A stretch of 64,000 nucleotides of DNA from positions 288,001-352,000 of the forward strand of contig JARVJZ010000001.1 of assembly GCA_029775855.1 (NCBI GenBank), given 5' to 3'. This DNA comes from Nitrososphaeria archaeon (GTDB taxonomy: Archaea; Thermoproteota; Nitrososphaeria; Nitrososphaerales; JAAOZN01). Of this stretch, positions 19,625 to 28,463 are shown piece by piece (position 1 is the first letter of the stretch; every line of letters starts with the position of its first letter). Under the pieces are notes generated by a model, which saw only the letters and a list, made by a program, of their open reading frames with translations, was not told the DNA's origin and ran no database searches. The position numbers were made by a program, and so were the translations under genes.

Positions 19625-21199
19625 CTATATCTCACCCTTCTTTACATCCTCTAATATAACCTTTACAGCGTTGTGCCCAGGTGCTCCGCTTACACCTCCT
19701 CCTGGATGGGTTGAAGCGCTGCACATGTAGAGACCTTTGATGGGTGTGCGGTAGTTTGACCATCCTGGGAAGGGGCGTAGAGCCATAGATTGATCAAGAG
19801 TTGCGCTTCCTATGCATGGGTCGCCGAGGATTATGTTTGGGGCTATGTTCTGAATGTCTTCTGGTGAGTGAACTACTCTCTTTAGTATGATGTTTTTGAT
19901 GTTTGGTGCGTATTCTGAGATTACATCTATGGCCCTATCTGCAAACCTTTCTTTTACTTCGCTCCACTCGCCTCGAGCTAGTTTCGCTGGCGCTCTCACG
20001 AAAGCCCAAAGAATGTGCTTCCCTTGAGGTGCCCTTGACGGATCATATACGGTTGTGTTATCTATAGTTATAAATGGGCGCTTAGGCGGAATACCGTTAC
20101 TACATTGATTATATGCCTCTGAAATGTAGCGAAGCGATGGCCCTAACTGAACTATTCCAGCCTTCTGTAAATCTTTTGGCTTGTAATCGAGCCAAGCATC
20201 TAGCGCTGCGTGCACCATAACCTCTGTAACTCTAGCGTATCTAAAGCGCTCAACTTTTTTAATAAAGCTCGGTTCAAGATGCTCTTTACCTACTAAGTTA
20301 AAGAATAGGGTCTTAGGTTCAACGTTAGATAAGATGCCACGTTTAGCCTCGATCTCCTGTCCGTTCCTTAGCTTTACACCTTTAGCCGCGGCGTCTTTAA
20401 CCACTATCTCAATGACTTCAGCGTTCTTAGCGATAATACCACCATGAGCTTGGAAGCATAGAGCTAACGCATCTGCTAAAGTTTTGATTCCGCCAACAGG
20501 TATGCCGCAACCCTTTTCTTGTAGAAGCCCATAGAAGACCAAGATTATAGGCACACTACCACTGTCTTCAGGAGCGTAAGGCACGTGATTGCAAGCCCAT
20601 AGAGCTAGAAAAGCCTTAACTTCTTCAGACTCAAAATTCTCATCCAGATAATCTCTTGCAGACATGAACATGAGCCTTATGAATTCTCTTCCCTCTTCAC
20701 TTTCTTCTAGAAGCGTCATAAGCGTGCCTAAAGGCAAAGGAGGGCCATAGAGACCACTAAGGAGCGTGTCCTTGCTATTCAAGTAGAAGTTATAAAGATC
20801 CTCAAGCGCTTTTGCATCCTTCTTAGAATAGCGTTCAACTGTTTTGTAAGTCAGCTTTGGATCCTTATAGATCATTATGGCTGAGCCGCCCTTAAAAGGT
20901 GTTCCAGCAACAGGCTCAGGGTTCAACTCTCTGTAGCCAAATCTTTCGAGCTCGAGTTCCTGCTGTATAGGTCCCGCCTTAAAGATGTTGATAGAGGTTG
21001 CTAAAACGTCGTGCTTGAAACCTGGTAGTGTAATTTCTTCAGTTATTGCGCCTCCTCCAACCGCATCCTTCTTCTCCAAAAGTAGTGTTTTAAAGCCAGC
21101 CTTAGCCAAGTAGCAAGCCGCTGTTAAACCGTTAATGCCTCCTCCTATTACTATGAAGTCAAATAAAGCTGCAGAAGCCATAAACTTCAACACCTTCAA
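19625..21199 (-). CDS. Phytoene desaturase-like FAD oxidoreductase (COG1233)
   Basis: IGGGINGLTAA, GGGAITEE, YRTPIKGLYMC, THPGGGVSGAPG; likely start ATG 21181. Confidence 0.85.
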   Translation of the reverse strand: MKVLKFMASAALFDFIVIGGGINGLTAACYLAKAGFKTLLLEKKDAVGGGAITEEITLPGFKHDVLATSINIFKAGPIQQELELERFGYRELNPEPVAGTPFKGGSAIMIYKDPKLTYKTVERYSKKDAKALEDLYNFYLNSKDTLLSGLYGPPLPLGTLMTLLEESEEGREFIRLMFMSARDYLDENFESEEVKAFLALWACNHVPYAPEDSGSVPIILVFYGLLQEKGCGIPVGGIKTLADALALCFQAHGGIIAKNAEVIEIVVKDAAAKGVKLRNGQEIEAKRGILSNVEPKTLFFNLVGKEHLEPSFIKKVERFRYARVTEVMVHAALDAWLDYKPKDLQKAGIVQLGPSLRYISEAYNQCSNGIPPKRPFITIDNTTVYDPSRAPQGKHILWAFVRAPAKLARGEWSEVKERFADRAIDVISEYAPNIKNIILKRVVHSPEDIQNIAPNIILGDPCIGSATLDQSMALRPFPGWSNYRTPIKGLYMCSASTHPGGGVSGAPGHNAVKVILEDVKKGEI

Positions 21200-21252
21200 A
21201 TTACTATATTAATTTTACGAGTCTCAATTAAGCTCTAAACTACATAAGGAAC

Positions 21253-21283
21253 AAAAAGAGAAAAGGTGGAGAGAGACTCCACC
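21253..21283 (-). terminator. Hairpin plus U-tract downstream of the ABC solute-binding gene
   Basis: Minus strand GGTGGAG-TCTCT-CTCCACC followed by TTTTCTCTTTTT, 10 nt after the stop at 21294. Confidence 0.7.
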
Positions 21284-21293
21284 GCTGAGTAAT

Positions 21294-22745
21294 CTACTCA
21301 AAAGGCGCTGGATAGACGTGCCTACCCGTCCTTATCTCAGGAGGCCAGAGTATGACCCGTTTACCATTCTGCCACTGCACAGGGAAGGCCCTTATCAACC
21401 CAGCACCAACAGCTTTGTATTGTGGATCGTCAAGGAACCATGGGCCTGGTTCGTGCCAAGCTCTATGTGGACCTGCGATAGTCAGTATATGCATCTCGTC
21501 AAGCGCCTTCCTTATCTTCTCCTTGTCAAGTGAGCCAGCTATTTCAATAGCCTTAGCAGCCATCTCCAAGCCGAAGAAAGCGATAGTAACCCAGGGCCAG
21601 TCAAAGTCTGTGTACCCCGCCTCTTTTTGAACCTGCTCGTAGAACCGTTTACTCCAGACTCCTTGATACGGTAGCTCTTCGTGCCAATAGAGGTCTGCTG
21701 TTATCCAGTTTTCAAGCCCACCCATAGCTTTAGCTACAGGTCCTAAGGCTCCAAAGCAGGGATGGAAGTCTTTGGGTTTGAATCCTAATGCTCTAGCTTG
21801 CTTCCAGAATGTAGCTTGAAGTATCCCTGTTGGGTCGCACATCGAGACAACATCTGGGTTCCACTCTTTTAGTTTGGTTATTATTGGTGTGAAGTCTGTT
21901 GTTTCAAAGGTGTACTTTAGCTGCCCGAGTACATTGAAGCCCATTCTCGAGGCTATCTCCATTCCACCGCCATTAACTTCGTTTCCGAATGGTTCGTCGC
22001 TGTTTATGAAAGCAATGCTCTTTGCTTTTCCTTCATCCTTTAACATCTCAAGGTAGTTGAGAAGCCATTTAGGCATTATATCAAGAGAACCAAAGACCCA
22101 TTTCTTATTGAATATAGGTACCTCGGCAGCCTGTAAGTCTATTTCAGGCACACCGTATCTTTCACAGATCGTTGCAGCTGGGAAGGCGTTTACAGCAGTC
22201 ATCGGCCCCATGGCTATATCTATCTTATCTTCGGTGCATAGCTTAGTGTAATATTTCTCGACCGTGGGTGGATCACTCTTGTCGTCGTACCATATCACTT
22301 GCACAGGTAGATGCCTACCATACTCCTCTACATATATGCCACCATATTTTTCGTTAACCAACTTGGCCCAAGCATCATACATCTTACCCTGTACACCAGT
22401 AGAAGATGAGAAGATTCCTGTGACACAGACCGTACCACCTATCTTTATCACTCTTGGCGCTGCTTCTATGCGCGCAGCAGTAACTGTTTGTGTGACTGTG
22501 GTTGCTGGTGCGGTTACTGTGGTGGTTACGGTTTGAGGTGCCGCTGTGGCTGCTGTAACTGTTGTTGTTTTTGTTTCTGTAACGGTGGCTGGTGGTGCAG
22601 CTGATTGACCAGCCAGATATCCTCCTACTGCGCCAACTACAAGTCCTCCTACTATGCCTCCCGCTGCAGCCGCTGTTGAGACGCCGAGAAACTTTCTGCG
22701 TGAGATCTTGTGTTTTTCCTCAAGCTCATCTTTCTTGCTAGGCAT
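21294..22745 (-). CDS. Liv-type (branched-chain amino acid/aromatic acid) ABC transporter substrate-binding protein
   Basis: Tat motif SRRKFL, TM anchor, Thr/Val-rich linker, YDDKSDP, TDFTPII, VQWQNGK. Confidence 0.9.
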   Translation of the reverse strand: MPSKKDELEEKHKISRRKFLGVSTAAAAGGIVGGLVVGAVGGYLAGQSAAPPATVTETKTTTVTAATAAPQTVTTTVTAPATTVTQTVTAARIEAAPRVIKIGGTVCVTGIFSSSTGVQGKMYDAWAKLVNEKYGGIYVEEYGRHLPVQVIWYDDKSDPPTVEKYYTKLCTEDKIDIAMGPMTAVNAFPAATICERYGVPEIDLQAAEVPIFNKKWVFGSLDIMPKWLLNYLEMLKDEGKAKSIAFINSDEPFGNEVNGGGMEIASRMGFNVLGQLKYTFETTDFTPIITKLKEWNPDVVSMCDPTGILQATFWKQARALGFKPKDFHPCFGALGPVAKAMGGLENWITADLYWHEELPYQGVWSKRFYEQVQKEAGYTDFDWPWVTIAFFGLEMAAKAIEIAGSLDKEKIRKALDEMHILTIAGPHRAWHEPGPWFLDDPQYKAVGAGLIRAFPVQWQNGKRVILWPPEIRTGRHVYPAPFE

Positions 22746-22927
22746 ACCTTTATTCGTATCTTGATACTATATATAAACTTACCGTCAAATCGAATAAAGT
22801 TAATGAAAGTTAAGATAACAACCGATTTTCCGTAAATAAATTAAGCGCGAATGCATAAATTTGTTAAATATGTAAAGCGTCGCAGAGCATCAGTTTTTAA
22901 AGAGCCTTTTAACCATACTGTATAGGT

Positions 22928-24685
22928 TTGGTTAAAGAGTTCTACGGATTACGTAGGTTTGCTGCATATTTGCTCTACATAGGGTTTGGAGCTTTTTCAA
23001 CACTCTTCGTTCTAAGTATAATCGCCGCTCTCGCAAACATTCCAAACTATGGAGCAAAGCTAGCGGGACAGAACTGTGCTTGTAGAGTTCCTAATGAGCT
23101 TATTGTGTATATTGATGTTGGAGGGTTGATGCTTGGAGTAGGGTTACTTGTGCCAACACTCCTTTTCTCAGGCGCTACAATCTACCTTTTTGCTAGCCGA
23201 AGGCTCGAGTTGAGTAAGGAGTTCAAAAGATTTTTATCTGTAGGGGTACTCTTAGCCGCTCTAATTGCAGCCACACTGCTACTTACGACTTCTCCTCTAC
23301 CTGAGAAGGGTGAAGCAACGTTCAACTCTATAAACCCTTATCCGTTAACAGTAAGGCTGCTTAATGGCTCTACCCTTACTACAAACGCTTTAACTGGCAA
23401 GGTTGTTGTAGCTCAATTCTTTTTACCTGACTGTCCTATCTGCGAACTGCAGCTGCAGGAATTAAAGAAGATTGTTAATCAGAAAAGTGTGAATGCTGTG
23501 TTTATGCTTGTTGTACCTTCGTGGAGCCACGTTAGTTTGGATGAGTTGAAGATGTTCGCTCAAAATGTACCTGATAAAATTTTAGTTGGTTTTGATGTAG
23601 GTACATCTACAAAAGAATATGAAGTGGATGTTGTGCCTATTATGGTGGTTTTAAGCTCCGATAGGTCGATTGCCTTTATACATATAGGTCTTGCTAAAGA
23701 TGATGAATTGATGGATATGTTGTCAAAATTGGGCGCATTAAGGACCGATGTAAAAGAAGATTTGTTAGAAGAGGTTAAAGAAGGAGTGGTATATGTTTAT
23801 GTTGAAGATCATCTAGAGGTGCCGCTAATTCAACGTTTAGCAGAAGGCTTTAGACAAAAGTATCCTAATATAAGTGTAGTCATACTTTGGCCAAACTGCT
23901 GCGGCTCAGGTAAAACCTTGTGGCCGGTCGACATTATAACAGGTTCAAATATGAGCCTCTTGACGGAGTTAAAAACTATGGGTAAGCTGAGAGTGATCAA
24001 AGAGGCGCCTCTTGACTACTTTCCATCTTGGGCGAAAGATAATGAAGGCTTTTGGGTCGCTCAAGGCATAAAGGTAGATGTTCCAGCATATAATAGGGCT
24101 TTACTTGATAAGCCACCACATTCTTTCTTACATATGGTTCGGCTAAGTGATCTTACTGTACTAGGCAAGCCAGACTACAGCATCAGAAGTTCATCTTTTG
24201 TAGCGTTAACTCAACTCTATGGTATGGATTATTGGTTTAGCTATAGGAATTCATCGATGCTGGTGGTTCCTCTGCTTAGAGTAGCAGATATACTTGCTTC
24301 CGGGGATAGAGCGTTAACACCTTTTATTCCACTTTCTGAATATGTTAGGGCTAGAAGTTTAAACGAAAATGTGCTCTACTTTCTGCCAGAAGAAGGGATC
24401 TTCGTAAGATTAAGCTGGATAGCTTTAGCCGCAGATTCACCACATCCAAACACGGGTGAACTTTGGCTGCGCTATGTTTTATCATATGAGGGGCAAGTGA
24501 TGAGACAGAGTATCTACTTTGACCTATCAGCTAGGCTCGATGTTGGAAGTGAGCCCTACTTTGATGAGATTTTGAAGGCTGTGAAGAGCTATAATGTTGT
24601 TCAGCCTGAATGGTCTTCTTATTCTAGAGATTTAGAGAGATACTTGACGTTTTTTAACGAATTGTTTCCTACAAGTAATTCGTGA
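22928..24685 (+). CDS. Fusion protein: TM helices + TlpA-like thioredoxin fold + iron/polyamine-type solute-binding domain
   Basis: Three hydrophobic segments; GKVVVAQFFLPDCPICE; PAYNRALL, PEEG, SPHPNTGELWLRYVLSYEGQ SBP motifs. Confidence 0.7.
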   Translation: MVKEFYGLRRFAAYLLYIGFGAFSTLFVLSIIAALANIPNYGAKLAGQNCACRVPNELIVYIDVGGLMLGVGLLVPTLLFSGATIYLFASRRLELSKEFKRFLSVGVLLAALIAATLLLTTSPLPEKGEATFNSINPYPLTVRLLNGSTLTTNALTGKVVVAQFFLPDCPICELQLQELKKIVNQKSVNAVFMLVVPSWSHVSLDELKMFAQNVPDKILVGFDVGTSTKEYEVDVVPIMVVLSSDRSIAFIHIGLAKDDELMDMLSKLGALRTDVKEDLLEEVKEGVVYVYVEDHLEVPLIQRLAEGFRQKYPNISVVILWPNCCGSGKTLWPVDIITGSNMSLLTELKTMGKLRVIKEAPLDYFPSWAKDNEGFWVAQGIKVDVPAYNRALLDKPPHSFLHMVRLSDLTVLGKPDYSIRSSSFVALTQLYGMDYWFSYRNSSMLVVPLLRVADILASGDRALTPFIPLSEYVRARSLNENVLYFLPEEGIFVRLSWIALAADSPHPNTGELWLRYVLSYEGQVMRQSIYFDLSARLDVGSEPYFDEILKAVKSYNVVQPEWSSYSRDLERYLTFFNELFPTSNS

Positions 24686-24809
24686 AAATTTAACAATAAT
24701 TTTTTGGAAATATGAGTCTTAAATAAAGATACTAGAATAGATGACAAGTTGTGGAATTAAACGAAACTTTTAATATCTGTTTTAGGCGAGGTTTGTTAGT
24801 GAGCCTTCA

Positions 24810-25718
24810 GTGCAAGAGCATATAACCTTGATACTTGGGGGTCTTCTCTTAGGAGGCATTTATTCGATGATAGCTTTTGGTTTAACTCTCACATTCGGCG
24901 TATCAAGGATCCTTAACGTGGCTCACGGCGACTTCCTTATCTTAGGCAGCGTGATAGGATTGATGCTGCTTGATCTATTAGGGTTAAACCCGTTTCTTGG
25001 TCTTGCTATAATAGCGCCAATCTTTTTTGTAGTTGGTATGGCTTTCGATAGAGGTCTTATCAGAACCATTGTAACAAGAACAGCTGAAAAGGCTCTTGCA
25101 GCATCTATAGTAGTTACAGTAGGGCTTTCTATGGCCATAGAAGACTCTACAGCCTACTACCTGGGTCAAGCTGGAGGCTGGGCTGGCGGCTTAGGATACA
25201 TCTCCATACCCTATAATCTACCCGCAGTAGCATTATTCGGCTACTATCTACCAACCGTAAGACTACTAACACTCATCACTATTGTAGCTATAGCGCTTTT
25301 GTTGTGGATTATAATAACGAGAACTTACATCGGTAAAGTGATTAGAGCAACAATACAGGATAGAGAAACAGCTATGGCTCTGGGAGCTGACGTCGGTTTG
25401 ACATCGGCTATAACGTTAGGAATGGGTATAGCCTTAGCAGCTATAGCAGGAGTCTTCTACGCTATGATAACAAGTGTGTCACCATTCGCAGGTCTAGGTT
25501 TAACGGTCAAAGCGCTTACGATAGTAATATTGGGAGGCTTAGGCAGCCTCTTCGGCTCAATCTTAGGAGGACTTATAATAGGATTAATAGAATCCTACGT
25601 CTCATACTACGCAGGCACTATTTGGGCAGCGCCTATGTCGATCTTCATACTTATAGTGGTTTTGCTCGTGAGACCTAGAGGGCTATTTGGGCGAAGAGTT
25701 GAGGAGGTCAGAAAGTAA
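24810..25718 (+). CDS. livH: Liv-type ABC permease (LivH-like)
   Basis: GLTLTFGVSRILNVAHGDF, RATIQDRETAMALG, VILGGLGS, RPRGLFG. Confidence 0.9.
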   Translation: MQEHITLILGGLLLGGIYSMIAFGLTLTFGVSRILNVAHGDFLILGSVIGLMLLDLLGLNPFLGLAIIAPIFFVVGMAFDRGLIRTIVTRTAEKALAASIVVTVGLSMAIEDSTAYYLGQAGGWAGGLGYISIPYNLPAVALFGYYLPTVRLLTLITIVAIALLLWIIITRTYIGKVIRATIQDRETAMALGADVGLTSAITLGMGIALAAIAGVFYAMITSVSPFAGLGLTVKALTIVILGGLGSLFGSILGGLIIGLIESYVSYYAGTIWAAPMSIFILIVVLLVRPRGLFGRRVEEVRK

Positions 25719-26696
25719 ATGAAGACAAGTAGAAAAAAACTTTCGCTAAGGGCATTAATTCTTCTAGTTGTTACGCTGGCTATATTCGCTACGTTAGCGC
25801 CTATAATATCCCCATATCTTAGAGTTGTCTTTGTCTTTCTTTTCACATACATAATCTTAGCCGAAAGCTATGACGTGTTCAGCGGATACACAGGCTATTA
25901 CAATCTTGGACATGGCGCCTTCTTCGGATTGGGCGCATACATCTTTGGTGTGCTAGTGGGTGGAGTTAGAGGAGGCTATTCGCCCGTTCTAACAAATCCT
26001 TTACCTTTGCCTGTAGCAATAATAGCGGCAGTCGTAGCTGCAGTAGCCTTCGCAGCAGCCATAAGTGTACCATACTTCAGATTAAGAGGTGCATACTTCT
26101 CGGTAGCATCGCTCGGATTAGTGCTGCTGGTTTACTACCTAGCAAACAACCTACGCGCCTTCACAGGAGGACCTGAAGGACTCCACTTACCTGGACACGG
26201 TGAGATGTCTTCGCTTGAAGCCTACTACTTACTACTTCCCGCAGCTCTAGCTTCAATAGTTACGAACTATTTAGTATCTAAGAGTAGGCTTGGTTTAGCC
26301 CTCATCAGCATAAGAGAGGATGAAGATGTTGCTTTAGAATACGGAATAAACACATACAGGATAAAAACCTTAGCAATAATTATTAGTGCAGCCTTCTCAG
26401 GATATGCAGGAGCAGCCTTCGCTCACGCGATAGGCGTCGTTAATCCTACTGGTATGCTTGGGCTTGAAATAGCGTTGGCACCTGTAGTTATGACGCTCTT
26501 TGGCGGGATGGGTAGCTATATAGGTGCGCTTATCGGCGCAGTGACTTTAACAGTTATACAAGAAGCGCTTTATACTCAAATTGCATACTTCCACCTCTTT
26601 ACGTATGGGGTTCTCCTATTGATTGTAGGACTCTTGGCGCCAGGAGGCATAGTTAGGCTGGGAGTGTTAAAGAGAGTATTCAAGCCCCCTGAGTAA
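25719..26696 (+). CDS. livM: Liv-type ABC permease (LivM-like)
   Basis: GYTGYYNLGHGAFFGLGAY, RLRGAYF, TGGPEG, IREDEDVA. Confidence 0.9.
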   Translation: MKTSRKKLSLRALILLVVTLAIFATLAPIISPYLRVVFVFLFTYIILAESYDVFSGYTGYYNLGHGAFFGLGAYIFGVLVGGVRGGYSPVLTNPLPLPVAIIAAVVAAVAFAAAISVPYFRLRGAYFSVASLGLVLLVYYLANNLRAFTGGPEGLHLPGHGEMSSLEAYYLLLPAALASIVTNYLVSKSRLGLALISIREDEDVALEYGINTYRIKTLAIIISAAFSGYAGAAFAHAIGVVNPTGMLGLEIALAPVVMTLFGGMGSYIGALIGAVTLTVIQEALYTQIAYFHLFTYGVLLLIVGLLAPGGIVRLGVLKRVFKPPE

Positions 26697-26743
26697 GAGG
26701 TTAGTAAAGCAAATAAGTTAAGGTCCAGTATTAATATTCTGAT

Positions 26744-26974
26744 ATGAGCATTAGAGTGGATTACCACTGGCTAAGCCGAAATCCCTACGCCTTTAGGGAA
26801 TATGCTGGAATGTATATTGCTATTGTTGGCAGAGAAGTTGTTGGCTCAGGGGAGACCGCTGAAGAAGCATATAAGAAAGCATCAGAGAAATGCGAAGGCA
26901 AGACACCGGCGATAGGCTACGTTAGGAAAGGCGATGGTGGACTACATCTTCTCACTGGTCAAGCTGGGGGCTAA
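26744..26974 (+). CDS. DUF5678-like small protein
   Basis: YAGMYIAIVGREVVGSGETAEEAYKKA resembles the family pattern. Confidence 0.65.
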   Translation: MSIRVDYHWLSRNPYAFREYAGMYIAIVGREVVGSGETAEEAYKKASEKCEGKTPAIGYVRKGDGGLHLLTGQAGG

Positions 26975-26976
26975 AA

Positions 26977-27687
26977 CTATACACCTAAGTATGCTTGCAT
27001 CACATATTTATCTGACATAAGGTCGGCTGAGCGGCCTGACTTTACGATTCTGCCGTTCTCTAGAATAAGGGTTCTATCACTCATCTTTAGTGTCTGCCTT
27101 ACGTTCTGCTCCACTAGAAGTATCGTCACACCTTTCCTGTTTATGTCTTGTATCAGTTGGAAGACTTGCAGCACTATATTAGGCGCCAACCCTAATGAGG
27201 GTTCATCTATCATCATCAGTTTAGGCTCTGACATAAGTGCTCTTGCTATAGCAAGCATCTGCCTCTCACCACCGCTCAAAGTTCCTGCGAGCTGTGCAGC
27301 TCGCTCTTTGAGGATAGGGAAGAGCTCAAAGACAACCCTTATGTTATCTTTCATATTGGCTCTAGCCCTCTTCGGTAAAGCACCTAGCTGAATATTTTCA
27401 AGCACAGTCATATCTGGGAAGACTCGTCTACCTTCTGGAACATAGCAGATACCGTATTCAACTCTTTTCTTAACAGATTCTTCCCCTATATTAAATGAAT
27501 CAAACATAATTTTGCCAGCGCTGTGCGGTACAATTCCAAGTATAGATTTCAGCAAGGTACTCTTTCCCGCGCCATTAGGTCCGATCAGTGAGAGTATTTC
27601 TCCTTTTTCAATGTTAAAACTCACATTCCAAAGCACTTGAGCAACTCCATATTTGACGTTTAGGTCTTCTACGGTTAAGAGTGGCAT
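26977..27687 (-). CDS. livF: Liv-type ABC ATPase (LivF-like)
   Basis: GPNGAGKST, VPEGRRVF, LSGGERQ, DEPSLGLAP, VEQN. Confidence 0.92.
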   Translation of the reverse strand: MPLLTVEDLNVKYGVAQVLWNVSFNIEKGEILSLIGPNGAGKSTLLKSILGIVPHSAGKIMFDSFNIGEESVKKRVEYGICYVPEGRRVFPDMTVLENIQLGALPKRARANMKDNIRVVFELFPILKERAAQLAGTLSGGERQMLAIARALMSEPKLMMIDEPSLGLAPNIVLQVFQLIQDINRKGVTILLVEQNVRQTLKMSDRTLILENGRIVKSGRSADLMSDKYVMQAYLGV

Positions 27688-28412
27688 CAGATCGCCTCTC
27701 CTAAGTATGCTTTTATTACGTTGATGTCGCTTGTTACTTCTGATGGAGTTCCTTCAGATATCTTTTCGCCGTGGTGTATCACTACCACTCGATTGCAGAG
27801 TCCTGTTATGACTTTCATAACATGCTCGACTATGCAGATCGTTATGTTTCTTCGGCTTATCTCTTTTATTGTATTCATAAATTGTGATAGTTCGGATGGG
27901 TTTAACCCGCTGGCCGGCTCATCTAGTAGGAGAAGTGAAGGTTTAGTTGCAAGCGCTCGGGCAAGTTCGACGTTTTTACGCTCTAGAATGTTAAGGTTCT
28001 TTACATATTCGTTTCGCTTATCGTATAGGTTGAGAAGTTTCAGGATTGATGATGCTTCTTCAACCGCTTCATCGTCGCTTACCTTGTTTACATGCCCAAA
28101 AAACCTACCTACGAGTGCGTTTTGCAACACAGTTTGGTTTAGGAAGGGTTTGCTTAATTGGTGTGTGCGTGCTATGCCTTTTTTGCAGATCTCGTATGGT
28201 TTATGTTTTGTTATGTCTTCTCCTTTGTATATGATTTTGCCAGAATCTGGTTTTAGTATGCCTGTTAATAGGTTGAAGACGGTGGTCTTTCCTGCTCCGT
28301 TCGGTCCTATTAGTCCCAGTATATCGTTTTCTTCGATTTTGAAAGATAGTTCGTTTACTGCAATTAATCCGCCAAAGCGTTTCGTTAGTCTTTCTGTTTG
28401 CAGAATTGTCAT
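27687..28412 (-). CDS. livG: Liv-type ABC ATPase (LivG-like)
   Basis: KRFGGLIAV, GPNGAGKTT, DEPASGLN, VEHVM, AYLG. Confidence 0.92.
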   Translation of the reverse strand: MTILQTERLTKRFGGLIAVNELSFKIEENDILGLIGPNGAGKTTVFNLLTGILKPDSGKIIYKGEDITKHKPYEICKKGIARTHQLSKPFLNQTVLQNALVGRFFGHVNKVSDDEAVEEASSILKLLNLYDKRNEYVKNLNILERKNVELARALATKPSLLLLDEPASGLNPSELSQFMNTIKEISRRNITICIVEHVMKVITGLCNRVVVIHHGEKISEGTPSEVTSDINVIKAYLGEAI

Positions 28413-28463
28413 ACTGCGCCCTTATAGGTTTGTTTCATAGGTAATATAAGTTTGTTGTATTTT

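Noticed and set aside
22480-22600. Repetitive gttactgtg-like sequence
   Set aside because: Explained by the Thr/Val-rich linker of the binding protein
27721-28440. 239-aa + strand ORF (and similar long ones at 8643-9221 and 40497-41093)
   Set aside because: Antisense shadows of well-supported genes, with no motifs of their own
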